A stretch of 63,970 bases of DNA, filler included, from Octopus bimaculoides (GCF_001194135.2; 6 parts of 6 records of this genome joined end to end with filler, not necessarily neighbours in it), one strand, 5' to 3'. Counted from the first letter of the whole stretch, positions 35,878 through 49,553 are shown. Numbers and translations are program-made. The notes: generated by a model from the sequence alone, not told the origin.

Positions 35878-36103
35878 NNNNNNNNNNNNNNNNNNNNNNN
35901 NNNNNNNNNNNNNNNNNNNNNNNNNNNNNNNNNNNNNNNNNNNNNNNNNNNNNNNNNNNNNNNNNNNNNNNNNNNNNNNNNNNNNNNNNNNNNNNNNNNN
36001 NNNNNNNNNNNNNNNNNNNNNNNNNNNNNNNNNNNNNNNNNNNNNNNNNNNNNNNNNNNNNNNNNNNNNNNNNNNNNNNNNNNNNNNNNNNNNNNNNNNN
36101 NNN

Positions 36104-36176
<73 letters not shown>

Positions 36177-36631
36177 CACAGACATACACACTTATATATA
36201 CTACAGGCATCTTTGAGTTTCTGTCTACTAAGTCGAATTACAAGACTATTCGAGGTGGTAGTAGGAAACACTTGCCCAAGGTGTGACGCAATAGGACTGC
36301 ATATGAAACCATGTGGTTGGGAAGCAAATTCCTGACCACACAGCCACATACATACAAACATACATACATACATACTTATATTTCGGGTTGGTAAATATAT
36401 ACATATATACGTATATATATATTTATATATATATACACATACATATTTATACATATATACGTATATATATATTTATATATATATACACATATATATTAAT
36501 ATTTATACATATATATATATATATATATAAATATATATGTATTTATATATACATACATGCACACACACACACATCTCTCTCTCTCTATATATATAGATAT
36601 ATATATACATACATTACACACATATTTATAT

Positions 36632-36888
36632 GTGAAGGCGCAATGGCCCAGTGGTTAGGGCGTTGTGAGTGTATATTGAGCGAAAACACCTAAAGCTCCA
36701 CGAGGCTGCAGCTTCCACATTTTCTTCCTGTTTCTGATGTACTTGTATCTCGAAGAGCCAGCCTTGTCACACTCTGTGTGGGTACACGTGTCTGTGGAGT
36801 GTTCAGCCACTTGTACGTTAATTTCACAAGCTGGCTGTTCCGTTGATCGGATCAACTGGAACCCTCATCGTCGTAACCGACGGAGTGC
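36632..36888 (+). mobile_element. SINE family C, internally deleted, 12-bp TSD
   Basis: B-box region is missing. cacatatttata occurs at 36619-36630 and 36889-36900. Confidence 0.8.
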
Positions 36889-36916
36889 CACATATTTATA
36901 CATGCATATGTATACA

Positions 36917-36966
<50 letters not shown>

Positions 36967-36976
36967 NNNNNNNNNN

Positions 36977-37025
<49 letters not shown>

Positions 37026-38012
37026 CGTTTACACTCTATGCTGCCGTTTGAAGAAGCAGATTCGATATTTCGCTTCTAGGGAGTGATCAACAAATTGTAA
37101 AGCGATCCCTCAGAAGGCGCCCGAAAGCATAGAAGTAACGTGTTTTATATAGTTCTTTATCGCTGCTAATGGCGTTCTATTATGCATGTGTATGCCTGTA
37201 AGTGTATATATTTTCTTGGTTTACTACATGAATATGTTAACGTCCACTTTGTATTACGCTTTTATGCTGCATAATCTTTGTATACTTTTTTGCTGCACAG
37301 TGCTCAGTATTGATTTGCTAAAATATTGCTATCACTCTTCAGTTATGTCGCAATAATGGTTAAACAACACTCTGCTCTTGTGGTCGAGTAAGACCAAAAC
37401 ATGTTCGTAGTTGTCGCCATTCTATGAAGGACAAAAAAAAAGTTTCGAAATGTCATGCATAGCAATTAAAATACAAAAATTCCCTCACGGATACGAAAGA
37501 GCTTTCAAGGAAACTAGCGCAGCAATAATCATAATAAGCGAACTTTAACAGCTTGTACACATTTGAAAATAGATTCAGAACATTCTAAAATTGTTCTAGC
37601 GAACTGGTTTGTATACCTGAATCACGTAATATTTCACAGAGATTTTAAAGGAACATGTAATAATGTATTTATTGCCTGACTGTTACTGAATCATTGAGCC
37701 AATAGAGCTCCTATAATGGCAAATTTTATATGGCAATAATAGCCACCAATGTATAAGCATTGTACCAACACAATTGCAGACATCAATTACTGAATTGAGA
37801 AATTTGCTTCGATGGATTTCTGGAAAATTTCCTAAAAATGTTGAAACAATCTGTGCCTAACCCATTGTTGGAAATTACTGAAGACATTACTAGGGCCGTT
37901 AAACTCCAACAAAACCTAAAAGGAATGTAAAATATAACTTATCTGTATGGAAGAAAGTAGAGCAGTAGTTTAAAATAACGACCGATCTCCCTAACTTTCC
38001 ACTTCAGCAATT

Positions 38013-38398
38013 GTTGTTTGCACTCCGTCGCTTACGATGTCAAGGGTTCCAGTTGATCCGATCAACGGAACAGCCTGCTCGTGAAATTAACGTGCAAGTG
38101 GCTGAGCACTCCATAGACACGTATAACCTTAACGTAGTTCTCGGGGATATTCAGCGTGACACAGTGTGACAAGGCTGACCCTTTGAATTACAGGCACAGC
38201 AGAAACAGGAAGTAAGAGTGAGAGAAAGTTGTGGTGAAAGAGTACAGCAGCGTTCGCCACCATCCCCTGCCGGAGCCTCGTGGAGCTTTAGGTGTTTTCG
38301 CTCAATAAACACTCACAACGCCCGGTCTGGGAATCGAAACCGCGATCCTATGACCACGAATCCGTTGCCCTAACTACTGGGCCATTGCATCTCCACTT
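38013..38398 (-). mobile_element. SINE family C, full length with 12-bp TSD
   Basis: acttcagcaatt occurs at 38001-38012 and 38399-38410. Confidence 0.9.
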
Positions 38399-39531
38399 AC
38401 TTCAGCAATTACATTGTTCACATTTGTAGAGAAGAATGTTTCACTTAGTAATACTTAACATGTTTTCTATCAAACAATGACCAATCTCTGATTTATTATA
38501 TCGTAGTAATTTATAGCGTTTGCAATTTGAGACGGCTTTCACTAATTTTGTTTATACAAATACATGCCAGAAGTATGTGATCTCAGCATAATTAGAAGAT
38601 TATCAGACAAGTCATATGACTTTCAAATGGACAGAACTTAGGAATCTGAAGCCAGTCTTACTATTTAGATAGGAGTGTTTCAAAGAAGTATGTTGAGCTC
38701 ATTTCTGCCTACAATGGCACAGTTGGATTTACGTACTTCCGTTATTGAATATCAGTGCATTCGCTTGATATACTGTATAAAATAACAAGAACAGTCAAGA
38801 ATCATAAAACTGCAAGCAAAAGACTGTAGGTGTTATATGCAAGAAGGTTTGGTGTAAAACAGACAATTCCATAATGAACACATTTAGTTATTTAGTTATC
38901 GTCAAAGATGTGACAGCCTATTGATAGTTCTAACCAAAGTATAATGCCTCATCTAATAAGAATATGTTCTAGAACTTAGAATTATATTAATTGATAATTC
39001 ATGTACATATTTCTAAATTGAAACAATGTACAGGTAACTGGCGGCATTTGGAACGAGAGAACAAGAAGTCTTTTTTATTGTTTGGAAGTGCTATTCAGTT
39101 GAACGTTCTTCGCCGTTAACGGCCATTCACAGTCTCATGCTGACTTTTCTTTAAGAAGCAATTTAGTGGCCGTACATGAACAAAACCGATTCCATAGAAG
39201 AATGGCTCGGCATATTCAAGAATCGGCTACATGCAGCGAAGAAGAAAGGTTTAACGTAGTAATGGTTTATGTGATATCTTAGAATTTTACCCAACTTGAT
39301 ATCGGAAGAGGATAAATATTTTCAAAACTTATTTATGTTATATTCCAGTTTAAAACTTCAGATTCGTATGAACTGGATGTGCGTGCACATGACCAAAGCC
39401 GCGTCAATAAATTCTACAAAGCATAATATGGATGAATGGAATGATATTCAAGGTATACGCTCAAAAATCTAGCGTGTAAAATCGCGAATGAATCTGCATT
39501 ACAGCAGACGACACAGTTCAAAGTAATATCG

Positions 39532-39606
<75 letters not shown>
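39532..39606. repeat. (TCTA)n microsatellite
   Basis: Direct inspection. Many other (TA)n, (CA)n, (AG)n and (TATC)n arrays occur throughout, often bordering N gaps. Confidence 0.95.
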
Positions 39607-39608
<2 letters not shown>

Positions 39609-40561
39609 ATGTGCGTGTGTGTGTGCCTGTGAGTAGTTAAAAGCGTGTGTGTGTGTGTGCATGTTTATACATGCATACCTACATACACACGTACATACAT
39701 ACATACATACACATATGCACATACATATACTCATGTATATATGAGTATATACATACCTATATATATATATATNNNNNNNNNNNNNNNNNNNNNNNNNNNN
39801 NNNNNNNNNNNNNNNNNNNNNNNNNNNNNNNNNNNNNNNNNNNNNNNNNNNNNNNNNNNNNNNNNNNNNNNNNNNNNNNNNNNNNNNNNNNNNNNNNNNN
39901 NNNNNNNNNNNNNNNNNNNNNNNNNNNNNNNNNNNNNNNNNNNNNNNNNNNNNNNNNNNNNNNNNNNNNNNNNNNNNNNNNNNNNNNNNNNNNNNNNNNN
40001 NNNNNNNNNNNNNNNNNNNNNNNNNNNNNNNNNNNNNNNNNNNNNNNNNNNNNNNNNNNNNNNNNNNNNNNNNNNNNNNNNNNNNNNNNNNNNNNNNNNN
40101 NNNNNNNNNNNNNNNNNNNNNNNNNNNNNNNNNNNNNNNNNNNNNNNNNNNNNNNNNNNNNNNNNNNNNNNNNNNNNNNNNNNNNNNNNNNNNNNNNNNN
40201 NNNNNNNNNNNNNNNNNNNNNNNNNNNNNNNNNNNNNNNNNNNNNNNNNNNNNNNNNNNNNNNNNNNNNNNNNNNNNNNNNNNNNNNNNNNNNNNNNNNN
40301 NNNNNNNNNNNNNNNNNNNNNNNNNNNNNNNNNNNNNNNNNNNNNNNNNNNNNNNNNNNNNNNNNNNNNNNNNNNNNNNNNNNNNNNNNNNNNNNNNNNN
40401 NNNNNNNNNNNNNNNNNNNNNNNNNNNNNNNNNNNNNNNNNNNNNNNNNNNNNNNNNNNNNNNNNNNNNNNNNNNNNNNNNNNNNNNNNNNNNNNNNNNN
40501 NNNNNNNNNNNNNNNNNNNNNNNNNNNNNNNNNNNNNNNNNNNNNNNNNNNNNNNNNNNNN

Positions 40562-40609
<48 letters not shown>

Positions 40610-41283
40610 TCATCTTATCAAAGACGGCAAGCTTTTTAGTTTCATCTTGAGAAATCTTGAATGTTTCTTAGAAGCACCTCTTGATTTGTTTATGTCCGCA
40701 GTCAATGATATATTTGGAAGTTTATTAAAAGTATCATCTCTACATACCCTGATCATGAGGAATGTAGGCGTGTTTCCAGAGTCATTCGAGCGCTGCAGTG
40801 ATTGATGTACAGTATTCATTCTGACTCTGTATCCCCTGAGATCAAATGGCATAGAGAACATTACAAATCCACTTTACACCTCAAACTTCCAAAATCCTTT
40901 AAGAAAACTATCCATGCTAGCGGAAGAAGAATTAAGTGAGTTAGATTAATGATAAAAACCATACACTACAGACATCTCAAAAACTCCATCTTATACAATT
41001 TGTATAATGAATGCTTTTGCGTAAAGTGATATTTCGGCGGGAAAAAGTATATTGTAAATCTTGAAATATTTTGACAAAATTTCAAATGTTTTATGGACAT
41101 CATGCATACTGTTCTTATATTGTAAAATAGCATCTATAGTGACATTCGTTTCACACTTTTCATGAGTATTACACTAACTTCAATCAGAAGGAAGCTGAAA
41201 GTTAAAACTAATCAGCACTGTCTCATACAACATTGTGAAACGCAACACGCTTGCCGCCACTAGAAGATAGATTTATATATATA

Positions 41284-41383
41284 NNNNNNNNNNNNNNNNN
41301 NNNNNNNNNNNNNNNNNNNNNNNNNNNTTAATTAATTAANNNNNNNNNNNNNNNNNNNNNNNNNNNNNNNNNNNNNNNNNNNN
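41284..41383. other. Artificial scaffold-joining linker 2
   Basis: 44 N + TTAATTAATTAA + 44 N. Confidence 0.95.
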
Positions 41384-42535
41384 ATATATATCAGGTCACT
41401 TGCTATGCAAGTACATCTCCGTAATATATATATATCTTTCTCCCCCTTTCGTGCTTCCTTCTGTTGTTCTTCGCCTCTCACCTTCACTACTATATCTCTC
41501 TCTTCCTCCCTGTCTCTCGTTGCTCACCTATATTCTACTTCCTTCCCTTTTTCTCCCTCCACCACTCTTTCTCCTTACTCCTCCCTGGTCACATGTGTCG
41601 AGCTACTTCTCTTCCTTTCATACCTTGGCCATCGCCAAGCTCGCACGAACATTCTTCGTCTCTCTTCCTTCCGGTTCGCTGCTTCACAGCGTTCAGTATA
41701 CACATTTTTTTCACGTCTAGCCGTATAGCCCTTATTGTTTATTTTCACTGTTTCATCTTCCTGTCTTGTTTTCTATCCGCCACTACATTCCTCCACGGTA
41801 CAAATTTAATTTGTGGTCCGTGGGAAGAGCCATTCTAACAATGCGTCCTGCCCTAACTCTTCGAAACGCTTAGTTTTAGAATGGTAGCAGCTGATGAAGG
41901 AAATGTTCTCTATGTGGCCTGTGTGTTTTCTGTACTCTGTTTATCATTTTGTCCACGTTTTTTTTTGCAATGTCCTGTACCTAGATATGCATCTATATAT
42001 ACATGTAGATGTAGGTATGTACATACATGTACGTATATATGCATACACTCATATATTATTTGTATTATNNNNNNNNNNNNNNNNNNNNNNNNNNNNNNNN
42101 NNNNNNNNNNNNNNNNNNNNNNNNNNNNNNNNNNNNNNNNNNNNNNNNNNNNNNNNNNNNNNNNNNNNNNNNNNNNNNNNNNNNNNNNNNNNNNNNNNNN
42201 NNNNNNNNNNNNNNNNNNNNNNNNNNNNNNNNNNNNNNNNNNNNNNNNNNNNNNNNNNNNNNNNNNNNNNNNNNNNNNNNNNNNNNNNNNNNNNNNNNNN
42301 NNNNNNNNNNNNNNNNNNNNNNNNNNNNNNNNNNNNNNNNNNNNNNNNNNNNNNNNNNNNNNNNNNNNNNNNNNNNNNNNNAAAATATAATAAAAAGTTA
42401 TCTAACGTGACCTGGAGGATAATTCAAAGCGGAGTTCAAAGCAAACATTCCTAGAGCCATGACTGTAGCTGTTTCTTATAACCCTACATGATGTTTACAA
42501 TTTGATTTTTCATCTAACAATTATCATACGGCACT

Positions 42536-43145
42536 AAGGCGGCGAGCTGGCAGAAACGTTAGCACGCCGGGCGAAATGCTTACCGGTATTTCTTCTGCCG
42601 TTACGTTCTGAGTTCAAATTCCGCCGAGATCGACTTTGCCTTTCATCCTTTCGGGGTCGATAAATTAAGTACCAGTTACGCACTGGGGTCGATGTAATCG
42701 ACTTAATCCTTTTTCTGTCCTTGTTTGTCCCATCTATGTTTAACCCTTTGTGGGCAATAAAGAAATAAGAAACGTTAGCAAGCCGTGCGAAATGCTTAGC
42801 GGTATTTCATCTGTCTTTACGTTCAAATTCCGCCGAGGTCGACTTTGCCTTTCATCCTTTCGGAAATCGATAAATTAAGTACCAGTTGCGTACTGGGTTG
42901 ATGTAATCGACTGGCCCTCTCCTCCAAAATTTCGGACCTTGTGCCAAGAGAAGAAAAGATTATTGTACGGCACTTTCAAAACGATTAACAGCATTTTGTC
43001 AGTCTTTATGTTCTGAGTTCAAATTCCGCCGAGGCCGACTTTGCCTGCTTTCCTTTCGGATCGATAAAATGAGTACCAGTTCAATACTGGGTCGATGTAA
43101 TCGACTACCCCTCCCACGAAATTGCTGCTCTTGTGCCAAAATATG
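42536..43145 (+). mobile_element. tRNA-derived SINE family D, three tandem units
   Basis: gagctggcagaaacgttagc...gagttcaaattccgccgag...gggtcgatgtaatcgact repeated three times. Monomers at about 15447(-), 23480(-), 24940(-), 29030(+), 54660(+) and 59508(+). Confidence 0.85.
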
Positions 43146-43384
43146 AAATTATTATACTGTACTTTACAATCAATCAAAATATATTCACTGATCATCATTA
43201 GTTTCCCATCATGGTATGCACAGACACACACACAGACACACACACAGTACGCGGAGACGTGGCTGTGTGGTAAGTTTGCTGCCCAGTCACATGGTTCTGG
43301 GTTCAGTCCCATAACGTGCACATTGGACAAGTGTCTTCAACCAGGCCGACTAATACCTTGTGAGTGAATTAAAAAAAAAAAATA

Positions 43385-43566
43385 CGCCCTTTCAAAGCCT
43401 AGCCAGGCTTATGGGCCCGGTTTCCCGGTTTCAATGGCGTATGTGTTCCCCTGCTGGACGGGACGCTAGTCCATCGCAGCATTGCTTATTTTTGCCAGCT
43501 GAGTGGACTGGAGCAACGTGAAATGAAGTGTTTTGCTCAAGAACACAACGCGTCGCCCGGTCCAGG
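43385..43566 (-). mobile_element. SINE family E (V/Meta-like core), cut by a gap
   Basis: Minus strand gttgtgttcttgagcaaaacacttcatttcacgttgctccagtccactcagctgg. A matching tRNA-like head lies at about 44846-44930. Confidence 0.65.
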
Positions 43567-44211
43567 NNNNNNNNNNNNNNNNNNNNNNNNNNNNNNNNNN
43601 NNNNNNNNNNNNNNNNNNNNNNNNNNNNNNNNNNNNNNNNNNNNNNNNNNNNNNNNNNNNNNNNNNNNNNNNNNNNNNNNNNNNNNNNNNNNNNNNNNNN
43701 NNNNNNNNNNNNNNNNNNNNNNNNNNNNNNNNNNNNNNNNNNNNNNNNNNNNNNNNNNNNNNNNNNNNNNNNNNNNNNNNNNNNNNNNNNNNNNNNNNNN
43801 NNNNNNNNNNNNNNNNNNNNNNNNNNNNNNNNNNNNNNNNNNNNNNNNNNNNNNNNNNNNNNNNNNNNNNNNNNNNNNNNNNNNNNNNNNNNNNNNNNNN
43901 NNNNNNNNNNNNNNNNNNNNNNNNNNNNNNNNNNNNNNNNNNNNNNNNNNNNNNNNNNNNNNNNNNNNNNNNNNNNNNNNNNNNNNNNNNNNNNNNNNNN
44001 NNNNNNNNNNNNNNNNNNNNNNNNNNNNNNNNNNNNNNNNNNNNNNNNNNNNNNNNNNNNNNNNNNNNNNNNNNNNNNNNNNNNNNNNNNNNNNNNNNNN
44101 NNNNNNNNNNNNNNNNNNNNNNNNNNNNNNNNNNNNNNNNNNNNNNNNNNNNNNNNNNNNNNNNNNNNNNNNNNNNNNNNNNNNNNNNNNNNNNNNNNNN
44201 NNNNNNNNNNN

Positions 44212-44515
44212 NTGTTTATTGAGCGAAATCACCTAAAAGTTCCACGAGGCTCCGGCAGGGGATGGTGGTGAACCCTGCTGTACTCTTTCACCACAACTTT
44301 CTCTCACTCTTACTTCCTGTTTCTGTTGTACCTGTAATTCAAACGGTCAGCCTTGTCACACTGTGTCACGCTGAATATCCCCGAGAACTACGTTATGGGT
44401 ACATGTGTGTGTGGAGTGCTCAGCCACTTGCACGTTAATTTCACGAGCAGGCTGTTCTGTTGATCGGATCAACTGGAACCCTCGATGTCGTAAGCGACGG
44501 AGTGCCAACAACAAC
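44212..44515 (+). mobile_element. SINE family C body
   Basis: Identical by eye to 45473-45762, including private variants. Confidence 0.85.
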
Positions 44516-45394
44516 AATCTTTCTGATTAAATACTTCTTCATAATTTGTGACATCAACTCTGTTAAACGATGGCTTTGATTAATGTAAACAGTAGCGTAT
44601 CATAATTGCATATTTTAAAGTAATTTTCATTAGTCTTCTAAAAGAATCTATTCTCAAACATTCACTCATTCGTTCTGATAATTTCCAGAAATCAAGTCTA
44701 AATAGATTATTTACGTTCATTATTATTGTCCCATAATGTTGCTGCTCCTTCTAAGGCGGCGATCTGGCAGAATCGTAAGCACGCCAGGAAAATGCTTCGC
44801 GTATTTCTTCCAGCATTACGTTCTGAGTTCAAATTNNNNNNNNNNCACAACGCGTCGCCCGGTCCAGGAATCGAAACCACAGTCTTACGATCATGGTACT
44901 GACACCCTAACCACTAAGCCACGCACCCCCACTTGTGAGTGAATTTGGTAGAATGAAACTGAAAGAAGCCCGTCGTGTATATGTGTGTGTGTGTATGTTT
45001 GTTTGTTTGTGTGTGTTTGTGTGTTTGTGTGTGTGTGGGTGTGTATGTGTTTGTGTGAGTGTGCGTATAAAAAACAAAAATTGCATGAATAACTTTAGTA
45101 AGATTATGAGGTAAAGGAAAGATAAACAAATAACACATGGAATCTAAAGAAAATTGTCTGATACCGCCATGATGTAATGAACAGAAGTCAGAAAGATATT
45201 TAAGAGAATTTGAGTAATTAAACTCCGCAAAATATTCAAAATATTCAAAAAATTTTCTTTTATTCCCCACCCTTTAAAGATGATGTTTTAGTTTACATTT
45301 TGATTTTCTTTTTCAGTATCATGTTCTCTTACTAATTCTAACTTCATAAAGGTCAAACAAAACATTTTTTTATTGATACTAATCTTTCTGGTTC

Positions 45395-45762
45395 GTGGAG
45401 GCCCAGTGGGTAGGGCAGTGGACACGCGGTCATAGGATCGTGGTTTCGATTCCCAGACCGGGCGTTGTGAGTGTTTATTGAGCGAAATCACCTAAAAGTT
45501 CCACGAGGCTCCGGCAGGGGATGGTGGTGAACCCTGCTGTACTCTTTCACCACAACTTTCTCTCACTCTTACTTCCTGTTTCTGTTGTACCTGTAATTCA
45601 AACGGTCAGCCTTGTCACACTGTGTCACGCTGAATATCCCCGAGAACTACGTTATGGGTACATGTGTGTGTGGAGTGCTCAGCCACTTGCACGTTAATTT
45701 CACGAGCAGGCTGTTCTGTTGATCGGATCAACTGGAACCCTCGATGTCGTAAGCGACGGAGT
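45395..45762 (+). mobile_element. SINE family C, cut by a gap
   Basis: Head gcccagtgggtagggc...gtttcgattcccagacc plus body. Confidence 0.85.
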
Positions 45763-46523
45763 NNNNNNNNNNNNNNNNNNNNNNNNNNNNNNNNNNNNNN
45801 NNNNNNNNNNNNNNNNNNNNNNNNNNNNNNNNNNNNNNNNNNNNNNNNNNNNNNNNNNNNNNNNNNNNNNNNNNNNNNNNNNNNNNNNNNNNNNNNNNNN
45901 NNNNNNNNNNNNNNNNNNNNNNNNNNNNNNNNNNNNNNNNNNNNNNNNNNNNNNNNNNNNNNNNNNNNNNNNNNNNNNNNNNNNNNNNNNNNNNNNNNNN
46001 NNNNNNNNNNNNNNNNNNNNNNNNNNNNNNNNNNNNNNNNNNNNNNNNNNNNNNNNNNNNNNNNNNNNNNNNNNNNNNNNNNNNNNNNNNNNNNNNNNNN
46101 NNNNNNNNNNNNNNNNNNNNNNNNNNNNNNNNNNNNNNNNNNNNNNNNNNNNNNNNNNNNNNNNNNNNNNNNNNNNNNNNNNNNNNNNNNNNNNNNNNNN
46201 NNNNNNNNNNNNNNNNNNNNNNNNNNNNNNNNNNNNNNNNNNNNNNNNNNNNNNNNNNNNNNNNNNNNNNNNNNNNNNNNNNNNNNNNNNNNNNNNNNNN
46301 NNNNNNNNNNNNNNNNNNNNNNNNNNNNNNNNNNNNNNNNNNNNNNNNNNNNNNNNNNNNNNNNNNNNNNNNNNNNNNNNNNNNNNNNNNNNNNNNNNNN
46401 NNNNNNNNNNNNNNNNNNNNNNNNNNNNNNNNNNNNNNNNNNNNNNNNNNNNNNNNNNNNNNNNNNNNNNNNNNNNNNNNNNNNNNNNNNNNNNNNNNNN
46501 NNNNNNNNNNNNNNNNNNNNNNN

Positions 46524-46557
<34 letters not shown>

Positions 46558-46558
46558 C

Positions 46559-46601
<43 letters not shown>

Positions 46602-47094
46602 GATAGATATTTCAGATAGATATTTCAGAATGCAGCCATACTGAGGCACCGCCTTGAATTTGGTCAGCCCCAGACTAGCAGAAGACACTTGCCCAAGGTT
46701 CCACATAGTGGAACTGAACCAGGAACCACGTGTATAGGAAGCATGCTTCTTACCACACAGCCATGCCTGCGCCTACATAAATGTATTATAACATTTTATA
46801 TAATAAGGTCTTTCGGTATTGGTACATGACGTCATTCACCCATACAGCCATCCCTCATGACAGATAAAGAGGTTTGGGTGAAACAAGGGTGAATGACGTC
46901 GTCTCCTCATATTGACACTGTAAGCTTATATCGAAGGACCGCCGTACGTATTCATAATCACTGATTGTGTGTGATTATGAATACGTACGGGCTACATATA
47001 TTTCATATCAAGAGGAACTTCGGAAGTGATAAATATCCAAGCGAGGTGTATACTGCAGATTACTTCTCAGGCCAAGAATATCTTGATTAAATGG

Positions 47095-47310
47095 AAGTTT
47101 ACATTCGCGGGGTTCACCTATCACTGTTTATTATTTAAACTTACGTCGATTCCTCTGTGGTGTTGTTTTGCATTTATAATATAATAAATATACAAAAATT
47201 ATGAAAATGATAGAAAAAATATACAGTCCAGTACTGTTTCTACTTCGCGGATTTTTACCTATCGCGGAGGGCTTTGGAACGTAGCAACCGCGATAGTCGA
47301 GGGATTTTTG
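47095..47310. mobile_element. Tigger/pogo-like MITE relic
   Basis: Right end ccgcgatagtcgagggatt (reverse complement aatccctcgactatcgcgg). Internal cgcggatttttacctatcgcggaggg. Confidence 0.55.
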
Positions 47311-47392
47311 CGTGTGTGTGTGTGTATNNNNNNNNNNNNNNNNNNNNNNNNNNNNNNNNNNNNNNNNNNNNNNNNNNNNNNNNNNNNNNNNN

Positions 47393-47435
<43 letters not shown>

Positions 47436-47999
47436 CCAATGAGTAGACAAACAAAACAAAAAAGCACTCAACACATTTAGTAGGAGTTACGTGTATTATT
47501 TTCTAAAACTGAACCAAGGTATATGCAAAGATGTCTGTATAAACTATATATGTGTATCTACGTATGTATATATAATTTAATACATATGTATACATTATAT
47601 ATATTGTATTTTAAATATATAATATTCATACATCATAGTGACTGTAGGCTTGTAGCCGAATTAGACAATACATACATACGTACACACATATACACACGCA
47701 CATACAAACATACGTATACATATATATACCTTTGCATACATGCATACATGCATATATACATACATATACATATGCATACATACATACATATACAAACATA
47801 CATACATACATACATACATATGCATACATACATACATAATAGATACATATAGTTTCTCATGCTCACTCCCACACAAATTAATAAACTATATTAAAGAGCT
47901 GAATATATCTGAGTCATGACTGAATTTAGTCGTGTTTTTTTATGATACATGATTCTTTAAAGAATACCTGTCCCATATTGCCGCAATGACAACCACATG

Positions 48000-48042
<43 letters not shown>

Positions 48043-48437
48043 TTATGTATATATTAGTATTATCTTCGTTGAAAAACTTCGATAATGCAAATATGTTAAT
48101 AGTTACCAGGGTAGCAAAAATCTCACAGAAACTGGGATATTATACCTGGTTAAGGGGTAGAAATTCCATGTTAAAGTGATGTATTTTCAGTTGATATAAA
48201 AAATAATAATAATAAATGGAGCAGAACGCATATAATCAATAAGTTCCTTTAATTCCTGCACATGTTTCCGTACGTAATCTTAGCATTCAGTAGAAATCTT
48301 GCATTTGTAAAATGGTTCCCTGAAGATAAAATTATATGTATAAACCAGCATCTCTTATTCCTTTGGAGTAGGGTGCATATAATTTTTGAAACATGTGTAG
48401 GAATTAAAGGAACTTATTGGTTATATGCGTTTTGCTC

Positions 48438-48537
48438 NNNNNNNNNNNNNNNNNNNNNNNNNNNNNNNNNNNNNNNNNNNNTTAATTAATTAANNNNNNN
48501 NNNNNNNNNNNNNNNNNNNNNNNNNNNNNNNNNNNNN
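48438..48537. other. Artificial scaffold-joining linker 3
   Basis: 44 N + TTAATTAATTAA + 44 N. Confidence 0.95.
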
Positions 48538-49139
48538 CCTACCCACAAAAACGGAGCCACAAAAACGATTTACAAATGAGAAGAGAATGACGGGAAATAT
48601 ATTTTATAGAGTCTGGCAGTTACATCAATATGTCGGCTGCTCTCATTCAGTTTTTTTTTTGTTTTTTCATTTTCTCATTTTTTCACGTCCTTTTTTCTTT
48701 TTTCTTTTTTTCAACAATTACATCTATTCCACATTCAAATCTCTATCCATTCTCTCACGTCGCATCAACGTTCAACACACCTTAAAAGCTACTCAAACAG
48801 TACAACGTATTTTCTTATTTTTATCCTATTTTGTGTGGTTCTTATTTTGGTTTTTGTCTTCGGTTAATATCTGTTGTTGTTGTTTAATATTGATGATTAT
48901 TATTATTACTACTGTTGTTTTTGTAGATATTGTTGTTATTGTGGTTTTTGTTAGTTGTTTTTCTCTATTTTTTTTTCAGTTATTCTTGTTGTCATAGTTC
49001 TAGTGATTGCTGCAACTGTTTTTCGACCTTTTGTTGTTGCTGTGGTTGTTTTCGGTGTTTGGGTTGTTGCTGCTGTTGTTGTTGTTGTTTTTGCTGTTCT
49101 TCTTCCACGTCTTTTCCTTCTTCCTCAACTTCTTCTTCG

Positions 49140-49553
49140 TTAATCCTCCTCCCCTCACATTTTCCTTAATTCCTCCTCCTCAACGTCATCACCCTTCTTC
49201 TTCTTCTTCTTCTTCTTTACCATCATCATCATCATCGTCATCTTCTTCTTCTTCTTCTTCTTCTTCATCTTCACCATCATCATCATCATTTTCTTCTTCT
49301 TCTTCTTTATCTTCTTCTTCTTCTTCTTCACCATCATCATCATCTTCATCTTCTTCTTCTTCACCATCATCATCATCATCATCGTCATCTTCTTTCTTCT
49401 TCTTCTTCTTCTTCTTTCTTTTTCTTCTTTTTCTTCTTCACCATCATCATCATCTTCTTCTTCTTCTTCTTCTTCTTCTTCTTCATCATCTTCTTCTTCA
49501 CCACCACCATCATCATCATCTTCTCCTCCTCCTCCTCCTCCTCCTCCTCCTCC
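49140..49553. repeat. Compound trinucleotide tract (TTC/TCA/TCC)
   Basis: Alternating (ctt)n, (cat)n and (cct)n runs ending at a gap. Confidence 0.95.

Noticed and set aside
40610-40861. 83-aa minus ORF and overlapping plus-frame peptide
   Set aside because: High complexity but no recognisable motif and no clear acceptor. It cannot be supported without a homology search.
41860-41905. tcGAAAcg...CTGATGAagg as a type II hammerhead
   Set aside because: Both boxes are present in permuted order, but I cannot form convincing stems I and III. It is at most a badly decayed PLE terminus.
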